This document shows, one piece after another, positions 27,489 to 35,331 of a stretch of 62,201 nucleotides of DNA. Positions within the stretch are counted from its first letter, which is position 1. Each line of letters begins with the position of its first letter. The stretch is taken from sequence record SRR31156797_5248; one strand, written 5' to 3'. Under the pieces are notes generated by a model, which did no database searches, was not told the origin of the DNA, and was given only the letters and a program-made list of their open reading frames with translations. Position numbers and translations under genes: made by a program.

Positions 27489-28565
27489 TTATTTAAAAGA
27501 AAAATATGTGGGAATTATACCCACTTTGAAGGTGTCCATTGCTATACCTGAGGGATGAATTCTGTAAACAGTTCCTGCTTGCACATTATCAATAGCGTCA
27601 GCCAAATAAATATTATTATTCTCGGGATCAACTCCCAGTGCTGAAAACCCCCTCGTATAAGCTCCAGTATAGGGTGTCTCTATGAATAATTCGGGATCAT
27701 TATCGCTAAGAACAGCATATCGGTATAAATCTCCATTTATAAAATAAAGGGTGTCTCCAGTATTATTAATTGCGATATCAGCAGGTGAAGTTTCAATGTC
27801 AAATCGAATCTCTTTTACAATTTCTCTGGTTTCAGGATCAATGGCCAATAATGCAGGTGTTTCATGACCATAAGGGTTTCCTTCATAAGCACCATCTGTA
27901 ATTATCCAAATATTGTCTAATTTATCCTTAACCATTGCTTTTGGTTGAATTGGAACTTCAATGGAATCAACCAGTTCATCTGTATCTGAATTAATGATCA
28001 ATATTTGATTGTCATAGCTCCAACAGTTAACAAATACAAACTCATTGTATTGAATCATTTGCTCGGTAGAATGCTGGTAAAAATCATTTGAATGATTGTC
28101 AACTGAAATGTTTCCAGTTATTGTGAAAGTGGTTGGGTTGACTATATAAATTGTTTTTCCATACAGGTCTGTTACATATGCTTTGGTGTCATTAATGAAA
28201 TGCATATAACGAGGTGAAATAAGTCCCGTAATTTTACCTAAAAATTTGAAAGTTTCAGTATGGACAGCAATTATTTTCCCACTATTATTAATTACGATAT
28301 AAGCAATGGTATCATTAATAAGCATAGATTGAGCTACGTCTCCAAGTGTTTCAACTTCATTTGCATATTGAAACACATTATTTTGAACTGTTAAACTATC
28401 GGGGTTATAATATGATAAACTTGCTTCATCTTGCCAGAATCTACCTTCGTTTAATATAAATACTCCATGACTTGTTTCATTATATATGTAAGAAACTGTT
28501 TCTTCTTTCATACAGCTGTTAAACAAAATAAACATGGAAGCTATGGTTAATAGTAAATATTTCAT
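27489..28565 (-). CDS. BtuG-like (YncE/DUF5074) beta-propeller surface lipoprotein
   Basis: Lipobox FNSC; GVFILNEG, ASLSYY, LGDVAQSM, IVINNSGKI, SPRYMHF, KAYVTDLY, IYLADAID, FKVGIIP. Confidence 0.8.
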   Translation of the reverse strand: MKYLLLTIASMFILFNSCMKEETVSYIYNETSHGVFILNEGRFWQDEASLSYYNPDSLTVQNNVFQYANEVETLGDVAQSMLINDTIAYIVINNSGKIIAVHTETFKFLGKITGLISPRYMHFINDTKAYVTDLYGKTIYIVNPTTFTITGNISVDNHSNDFYQHSTEQMIQYNEFVFVNCWSYDNQILIINSDTDELVDSIEVPIQPKAMVKDKLDNIWIITDGAYEGNPYGHETPALLAIDPETREIVKEIRFDIETSPADIAINNTGDTLYFINGDLYRYAVLSDNDPELFIETPYTGAYTRGFSALGVDPENNNIYLADAIDNVQAGTVYRIHPSGIAMDTFKVGIIPTYFSFK

Positions 28566-28695
28566 GATGTAAAAATACAAAAGATTTAATTTCAAAATTT
28601 TAATTAATAATAAGAAATAATATATTCATAACATTGTTTTGATTTTAAAATTATTATCTTTGATATACATTGTGTTACCAAAATCATTAATAGCT

Positions 28696-30150
28696 ATGAA
28701 GCAACTCTTTTTACTAGTGTTTGTAATTGGGTTTTCTTGCTCATTATCAAAAGCTCAAGATAACTCAGCGTACAGACCAATCAAATCAGAAGGAAAAATA
28801 CCTGAGGAATTTTTCCTTAATCCAAATGAAAAAGCTGATCTGGATGCAAAGAATCAAGACATCTTAGATTATGAAGAAGCAAAGTCATTTTTCTATGTGT
28901 TAAATATTGACAGAGAAAGGTGGCTAAGAAGTGGTGATATATATTTTGAAGGACCTTTAACAAAATATGTTAATTATGTTCTTGATAATCTATTAAAATA
29001 TGATCAAGAATTAAGAAAGAAAATCACTGTTTTTGTCACCCGATATCTTACTACAAATGCCTACATGCTTGCAGATGGGAGCTTATTTATCAACTCAGGG
29101 ATTCTTTCAAAAGTTGAAAATGAAGCACAGCTTGCCTTTATTTTAGCCCACGAGATATCACATTTTGAAAAAAAACACAGCCTTACAAACTATAAAAAAG
29201 CGCTAAACTCTAATGATAATAAGGGGTTTTATGTATCTAATGCATTTAATACTATCATTCTTTCAAAAGAAAGTGAGTTTAATTCAGACAATCATGCCTT
29301 AGATTATCTAATAAAAGCCAATTATGACCCCCGTGAAAGTTTGTCAAGTTTGGAACTGCTTAAGGATACATTAACCTTTAAATATAACAAAAAAGTAGAT
29401 TTTGAAAAATGGTTTGGAAAGGCAGAAAAAACTCCTGAAGATATTGCAGATGAATATGCCCAACATGCATTGAAATACTACAATGCATCACTAAAAACGG
29501 CTGCCATACTATATGCCCGTGCGCAACAGCAAAAAACTGAAAATGATCAAAGTGAAAGTGACCTATTTGATTCTCACCCTTCTATTGAAAAAAGAATGGC
29601 TGCTGTAGGAGAATATATATCAATGAAAGATTTTGATACAAATAAATTGGTAAAAAACACCAGTTATGAATTAAGCATAAAAGAAATAAACAAAATTGCA
29701 ATGTATGAAGCAGTAAATACTTATTACCTCTACAGAAATTATGCAGTTAGTTTATATTGCGCCTTGCAGCTAGATGAAGAATATCCTAATGATTATTATT
29801 TACAAGAAATGATTATTAAAAATCTTTATTGGATTGCTTATTACATGAACACAAAAAATCTAGAAAGTGTAGTAAAAAATGAAACTTTCGCAAAAGAAAG
29901 TATCTTCAAAGACCTACTATTCCATATTGAAAAAAGTGAGGCAAAAAAAATTAACAATAATCTTTATGAATTCGTGAAAGACTTCGTGAAAAAAAATGAG
30001 AACACTACTGAGGACACCTACCTCTATTATATCCAATTAGCTGAAGACTATGTAGGAAAAAACATTGCTAAAATGATCTCAGAGGAGTATTTAAAAAAAT
30101 ATACAAACACCCCAATGTCTGAACTAATTAGAGCAAGATTTGACCTTTAA
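28696..30150 (+). CDS. Peptidase M48 family zinc metalloprotease (exported)
   Basis: Signal peptide; NAYMLADG, NEAQLAFILAHEISH, ESEFNSD, SHPSIEKR; TATCTTTG -7 element at about 28655. Confidence 0.88.
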   Translation: MKQLFLLVFVIGFSCSLSKAQDNSAYRPIKSEGKIPEEFFLNPNEKADLDAKNQDILDYEEAKSFFYVLNIDRERWLRSGDIYFEGPLTKYVNYVLDNLLKYDQELRKKITVFVTRYLTTNAYMLADGSLFINSGILSKVENEAQLAFILAHEISHFEKKHSLTNYKKALNSNDNKGFYVSNAFNTIILSKESEFNSDNHALDYLIKANYDPRESLSSLELLKDTLTFKYNKKVDFEKWFGKAEKTPEDIADEYAQHALKYYNASLKTAAILYARAQQQKTENDQSESDLFDSHPSIEKRMAAVGEYISMKDFDTNKLVKNTSYELSIKEINKIAMYEAVNTYYLYRNYAVSLYCALQLDEEYPNDYYLQEMIIKNLYWIAYYMNTKNLESVVKNETFAKESIFKDLLFHIEKSEAKKINNNLYEFVKDFVKKNENTTEDTYLYYIQLAEDYVGKNIAKMISEEYLKKYTNTPMSELIRARFDL

Positions 30151-30171
30151 TAATTATTCAATTTATACAAA

Positions 30172-30882
30172 ATGAGAACAATACTAACTATAACATTCAT
30201 ATCAATCTCAATAGTTTTATCTGCTCAATATCGTGTTATGAAGAAAGCAGATCATCACATAAACCTTAAAACTGAGAAAATTGTGCTTCTTGAGCCTTAT
30301 CAAAAACTATTTATTAAATCAGCTACAAAAACTGAAAATTATGAAATAAATAAGAAACGCAATGAATACTTTAATCAATTACTGGAAGCATATTCAAAGA
30401 AACAAGGAATTAATTTTGATATTATAAAACTTGACAGTGCAGACAAAAAAATTCTAGAACACTACAATACACTGGTTCAATTTGATAACCATTGCTATAA
30501 TGTGTTTACAGGACAATACCATTTATTAAATAAAAACTTAAGTGGTGAAAAGAAAAGTAGATATAAAAAGCTAATCTACAATGTACCACCCAAGATTCAT
30601 CCAGAGTATGCTTACCTCAAAAGAGTATTCAATTCACGCTATGTGGCTACTATGGGAGCAATTACATGGCAAAATAAAGACAACATGAATCTTTTCAAGA
30701 GTTTTGTAGGTCCATTAATCGGTAAAAAAGAGTCTTATATGTATCTGCTCATAACTGATTTACTTACAGGAGAAATTGTATACAATATAGTTAAAGGTGG
30801 AAAATTTGCTTTTAATGATAATACGCTACCTCCAATTATATTTGAAACATTAAATATTTTTAAAGAGACATGCCAAAACTAA
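30172..30882 (+). CDS. Exported hypothetical protein
   Basis: 236-aa ORF with signal peptide, in the same gene run as the M48 peptidase. Confidence 0.7.
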   Translation: MRTILTITFISISIVLSAQYRVMKKADHHINLKTEKIVLLEPYQKLFIKSATKTENYEINKKRNEYFNQLLEAYSKKQGINFDIIKLDSADKKILEHYNTLVQFDNHCYNVFTGQYHLLNKNLSGEKKSRYKKLIYNVPPKIHPEYAYLKRVFNSRYVATMGAITWQNKDNMNLFKSFVGPLIGKKESYMYLLITDLLTGEIVYNIVKGGKFAFNDNTLPPIIFETLNIFKETCQN

Positions 30883-30904
30883 AAAACATCAAAGATTTAG
30901 AAAA

Positions 30905-31642
30905 ATGAAAATACATTATAAAACCATTCTTATCGTAATCTTTAGCCTCTTTGTTCAAAACTCATTCAGCCAAAATTGGGGATATGGATATGATGGTAAA
31001 AAATACCTTTTAAAAGCCGATCTTTTAAATGGAAAAAAATCAGTATTATCTGGAATATCAATTGAAACAATTTTATTTCAAAGAAGTACCATAAGTGGCG
31101 GATTAACATGGATTAGAAATAGTAATACTGAACAGCTCTATAGCACTTCAGACTATGAATCAGGAACCCCTGACAAAAAAACTGAAATGAAGGACGATGC
31201 TGAAGTTGAAGAAAGAAGTATAAATATTGAATACCGCTATTATTTAGGATCCTTACCTGCACCAAATGGTTTACACCTATATGGACGAGTAACTTTTGGA
31301 CAACTTTTTATTAATGGCCAATATTATTCCACCATAAATGACACTTATGAAAGCAGAGAGTATGTAGATTATAATTATGATGGTTTAAAATTTACTTCGT
31401 TCTCTGGGGGTATGGGTTACCAAAAATTTATATATAAATCAAATATAAGTTTAGGAGCCCATATAGGTTTTGTTTATACCAAAGCCATACCAGGTTTAGT
31501 CACTGAATTTAGTCAAAAGGTTTCCGGAGTTACTCGAAACTATGGATCAAACCTAAAATCTTTTGAGCCAAAAGATGAAAGCGAAGTACATACAAATTTT
31601 GGAATGCAAGCATTTGTTCAACTCGGATTTTTAATTTTTTAA
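30905..31642 (+). CDS. Putative outer membrane beta-barrel protein
   Basis: Signal peptide; amphipathic strands IEYRYY, GMGYQKF, LGAHIGF; C-terminal VQLGFLIF. Confidence 0.7.
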   Translation: MKIHYKTILIVIFSLFVQNSFSQNWGYGYDGKKYLLKADLLNGKKSVLSGISIETILFQRSTISGGLTWIRNSNTEQLYSTSDYESGTPDKKTEMKDDAEVEERSINIEYRYYLGSLPAPNGLHLYGRVTFGQLFINGQYYSTINDTYESREYVDYNYDGLKFTSFSGGMGYQKFIYKSNISLGAHIGFVYTKAIPGLVTEFSQKVSGVTRNYGSNLKSFEPKDESEVHTNFGMQAFVQLGFLIF

Positions 31643-31652
31643 ATTAGATAAA

Positions 31653-32099
31653 ATGAAAACAATATTTAAATCAATAGTTTTTTTAATTATAATAAGTACA
31701 ATAATAATTTCCTGTGAAGAGGAATACACTGAAGATTATACAAGCTCTGGTGGAGGTGGAGGTGGTGGTTCTTCTACTACAGACTTAACCTTAACAATTA
31801 CATTTGACAACTATCCGGAAGAGACTAGCTGGACATTAGTAAATAGTGTTGGGACAACAGTTGCTGAAGGCGGAGTTTACGCTTCACAAGCTGATGGCTC
31901 TACATTGGTAATTCCTATAAACGGTTTAGCTGATGATTGCTATGATTTCTCCTTCTTAGATTCATATGGTGACGGAATCTGCTGTTCAAATGGAAATGGC
32001 TCATACACTTTGAAAGTGACAGATGGAGTAACATTAGCATCAGGAGGTTCATTTGATTACATTGAACTGACAAACTTCTGCTTACCTTCACTTCCATGA
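31653..32099 (+). CDS. Lipoprotein with Gly linker and a beta-sandwich module typical of T9SS-secreted proteins
   Basis: Lipobox IISC; SSGGGGGGGSS linker; TITFDNYPEETSW...CYDFSFLDSYGDGICCSNGNGSY. Confidence 0.75.
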   Translation: MKTIFKSIVFLIIISTIIISCEEEYTEDYTSSGGGGGGGSSTTDLTLTITFDNYPEETSWTLVNSVGTTVAEGGVYASQADGSTLVIPINGLADDCYDFSFLDSYGDGICCSNGNGSYTLKVTDGVTLASGGSFDYIELTNFCLPSLP

Positions 32100-32136
32100 G
32101 TTTTGTATCAACCACTCCAAAAACTAACAGAGTTAG

Positions 32137-32382
32137 ATTGAAAGTTCATTTAATGTGTATCCAAACCCAGCTCATAACACATTAAACTTTAATGCTACTA
32201 ACTACGAAAAGAGTGCAATTATTACTTTACTTGGTGTAAATGGAGAAGTAAGTATTTCAACTACACTTGGAGAAGTTGATATGGATGGATTAGATGTTAC
32301 AGCGTTAGAAGCCAATTTCTATTTAATTCCTCTATTTGAAAATGAGTCGAAAGTAAGATGCATTAAGTTTATTAAAGAATAA
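32137..32382 (+). pseudogene. Detached T9SS C-terminal sorting domain remnant
   Basis: Frame reads IESSFNVYPNPAHNTLNF...LDVTALEANFYLI...KFIKE after an in-frame TAG at 32134; out of frame with the upstream lipoprotein; no ATG start or signal peptide. Confidence 0.65.
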
Positions 32383-32397
32383 CTATAATTGAAAATC

Positions 32398-32432
32398 AAA
32401 AAAGGCTGCTTCATATGAAACAGCCTTTCTTT
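32398..32432. terminator. Bidirectional intrinsic terminator
   Basis: AAAAAAGGCTG-CTTCATATGAAA-CAGCCTTTCTT between convergent genes. Confidence 0.85.
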
Positions 32433-32447
32433 GTATATCGATGATGT

Positions 32448-32825
32448 TTATTCAACTTCTTTTTTGTAATCATCAGCTGACATTAGTTCATCTAGTTCAC
32501 CAGCATCAGAAATTTTTACTTTAATCATCCACCCTTCTCCGTAAGGATCTTCGTTTACAGTTTCAGGAGCGTCTTCCAACTTAGGGTTAACTTCTGTAAC
32601 TTCACCAGAAACTGGCATATACATATCTGATACAGTTTTCACTGCCTCAATTGTACCAAATACATCTCCTTTACCTAGGTTTTCGCCTTCGGTTTCAATT
32701 TCAACAAAAACAACATCTCCAAGTTGTTGTTGTGCAAAATCAGTCACACCAATTGTAGCAGTGTCACCATCAACTTTGATCCATTCGTGATCTTTTGTGT
32801 ACTTAAGGTTCTCAGGAATATTCAT
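32448..32825 (-). CDS. gcvH: Glycine cleavage system H protein
   Basis: LKYTKDHEW, GVTDFAQQQLGDVVFV, IEAVKTVSD (lipoyl Lys), DPYGEGW; -7 TAAATTTG at 32853-32860 supports the 32825 start. Confidence 0.97.
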   Translation of the reverse strand: MNIPENLKYTKDHEWIKVDGDTATIGVTDFAQQQLGDVVFVEIETEGENLGKGDVFGTIEAVKTVSDMYMPVSGEVTEVNPKLEDAPETVNEDPYGEGWMIKVKISDAGELDELMSADDYKKEVE

Positions 32826-32905
32826 GATTGCAATCTTTTTTATTGTTTTGGGCAAATTTAGTTAATTTTTTGGGCCATAAAATGATTCTTATCTGTTTTT
32901 AGACA

Positions 32906-35290
32906 TTAATCCTCATTTTTTAGCTCACTTACTTTATTCATTAATTGTGTAATTTCTTTATCTAATTCAACTTTATGTGTAATATCTGTAGCAATATTCA
33001 GCACACGATCTAATTCCTCGTTTTCATATATCGGTAAATATGTTTCACTTAAATAAATGGTTTTATCTCGTTTAATGATTTCATGTATTCTTTTCTTAGT
33101 GACACCACTTATTACTTCTTGCCAGAATTTTAAGAAATTTCTACGAGATGCATCATCTTGTGTAACAAATGCATCCTGAAATTTACCTACCATATTTTCA
33201 GTTGAATGCCCATAGGCACTTGCCATTAATTCATTAATTTTTAGAATACGACCCTCCAGATCATACTCTGCCATCATTAGTGTATTCTGGAAAGTTGTTT
33301 TAATAGCAGAAAGTTCTGACTCTCTTTTTTGAGCTTCTTCCTGCGTAGCTTGCATCTCCTCAAGGTTTTGACGCATTTCTTCTTCTTGTTGTGAGAGCTC
33401 ATCTTTTAGTTCTTCTGACTGTCGCAATAACTGTGCAGTACGAATATTTGTTTTCACACTTGCCACAGTCGCAGCAATACTTTCTGCCACGCTTTCTGCA
33501 AATTTTACTTTATGCTCTTCAAATGGCTGTACAGACATTAACTCCAATACACCATAAGGTACATCATTCATTAACATTGGTACAATTAAAAGATGCTTAG
33601 GTTGCTTATCTTCTACTCTACCGGTTGTAATATTTACGAATGTTTCCGGTGTATTCTCAAGATGTATTCTTCTTTTTTCACTTATTGCCCTACCAACTAA
33701 TTCTTCGCCCTCATAAACTCGTTTCTCAATAATTTTTGCACTACCAAAGGCGTACACAGATTTTAGATCATAAAAAGTACTATTATCCTCTTCCTCCACA
33801 ATAAAAATGGCACTTTGCTCTATCTCCATATAATCACAAAGGTTTCGGGCAATATTGTTAGAGAATTTTTGCATGTCATCATTATCCTGGCGCAATATTT
33901 CGCTAAACTTACCCAATCCTTGCGTTACCCATGCTTGTTTTTGATCTGCCTCTCGTTTTATCTTTTCAAATTCATTGGCTTCTTTCAGGCTTTGTCGCAT
34001 ATCAACCAAAGACCTGCCCAAAAAATCATTTTTGCTGAGTAGTTGATGATCAACTTCTAAATCTCCTTCTCCAATCTTTTTCGCAAAAACTGCTGTAGAA
34101 TTTAAACCATCAATCAACTTATTTAAGCTAACAGCCATATCATTGATCTCATCATTGTAGCGATTTTTGTATTTTAGGGTTTCATCAATATTACCCAATG
34201 AAATCTCTTTGAGAATTTCAGTAATACGCACAACAGGTCGGGTTATTGATCTGGCAATAAAATAAATAAATATACTAAAGATGGCCAGTCCAAATATAGC
34301 AGCTAATATACTGACAATAAATATTTGATCTGCGGTATCATCTAAAAGGGCTTTAGGGACTGCAATACCAAATGCCCATCTATCAAATGAGTCACCAACT
34401 TTGAAGGATGTAAATGAGAAATATGTTTCTTCACCGGTTAAAGGATCCACATCAAAAAATCCGTAATTATCTTGCCATCTGATTTTTTCAAGCAAATCTT
34501 GGGAATTGATGGAACTGTATTTCAGGGTATCAATATTCTTTCCAATCAAAGCCCGGTCTTTATGAGCCACAATGGTTCCTTTATTGGCAATAAGAAAAGC
34601 ATAGCTATTCTCCAAAGGTTTTATTTGTTCAACAGAATCCTGCAATGTAGCTAAAGAAGCGTCAGTTCCTACTACTCCTAAAAATTGACCATTATAGATT
34701 ATAGGCACAATCATGTTGGTTTGGATGATTTCATCCATACCTTTTTCATACGCATAATAATATGGTTCAAGTAAGGTTTGCTTTTGTTTTTCTTTAGGTA
34801 TGGTATAGTAACTTCCCTGGAACAATGGCCCAGTTGACATTCCTTCAATTTTTATACTATCTCCAACACGATAATAAGTTGATGAAAAGTTACCTAAATA
34901 TGTATTACCAATTATGTATTCATACAAACTATCGCGTCCATCAATTGCATTTGGCTCCCAAATTGTCCATGCTCCTAGAAAATGAGGGTTTTCTTTTAAT
35001 ACTGTTTGTAAAATCAACTGAAAATCAGCACGGCGTTGCTCAGGGTCTAAACTTTCAAAAGCAAGGTACATACTGGAAATTGCCTGAGAGGTATTCATGT
35101 ATTCGCTCATAATACCCTGAATCTTTCGAGAATTTGATTCAGTGGCAACATTTATAAATTCTTGTGTGTCCTCCAGTGCCTTTTGTTTAATCTTTAAGCC
35201 AATAACCACAATAGATACTCCAAAAATAACAATCGAGATTGTTAGAATATAGATGAGCATTTTTGCATATAATCTGATTTTTAGCCTCAT
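32906..35290 (-). CDS. dCache-HAMP-GAF-coiled coil-PAS membrane receptor, array member 5 (no catalytic output domain)
   Basis: Two TMs; dCache WEPNAIDGRD...YYTIPK...EPYYY...VVGTD; HAMP SITRP...DEINDMA; GAF GEELVG...VPML; QQEEEMRQNLEEMQATQEE; C-terminal PAS. Confidence 0.85.
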   Translation of the reverse strand: MRLKIRLYAKMLIYILTISIVIFGVSIVVIGLKIKQKALEDTQEFINVATESNSRKIQGIMSEYMNTSQAISSMYLAFESLDPEQRRADFQLILQTVLKENPHFLGAWTIWEPNAIDGRDSLYEYIIGNTYLGNFSSTYYRVGDSIKIEGMSTGPLFQGSYYTIPKEKQKQTLLEPYYYAYEKGMDEIIQTNMIVPIIYNGQFLGVVGTDASLATLQDSVEQIKPLENSYAFLIANKGTIVAHKDRALIGKNIDTLKYSSINSQDLLEKIRWQDNYGFFDVDPLTGEETYFSFTSFKVGDSFDRWAFGIAVPKALLDDTADQIFIVSILAAIFGLAIFSIFIYFIARSITRPVVRITEILKEISLGNIDETLKYKNRYNDEINDMAVSLNKLIDGLNSTAVFAKKIGEGDLEVDHQLLSKNDFLGRSLVDMRQSLKEANEFEKIKREADQKQAWVTQGLGKFSEILRQDNDDMQKFSNNIARNLCDYMEIEQSAIFIVEEEDNSTFYDLKSVYAFGSAKIIEKRVYEGEELVGRAISEKRRIHLENTPETFVNITTGRVEDKQPKHLLIVPMLMNDVPYGVLELMSVQPFEEHKVKFAESVAESIAATVASVKTNIRTAQLLRQSEELKDELSQQEEEMRQNLEEMQATQEEAQKRESELSAIKTTFQNTLMMAEYDLEGRILKINELMASAYGHSTENMVGKFQDAFVTQDDASRRNFLKFWQEVISGVTKKRIHEIIKRDKTIYLSETYLPIYENEELDRVLNIATDITHKVELDKEITQLMNKVSELKNED

Positions 35291-35331
35291 ATCTTTGTGT
35301 TTTTCAATACAATAATTTTTAATACTAAGTT

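Noticed and set aside
31748-31769. GGT/GGA short tandem repeat as a phase-variation tract
   Set aside because: It is an in-frame, mixed-codon poly-Gly linker; slippage would not shift the frame
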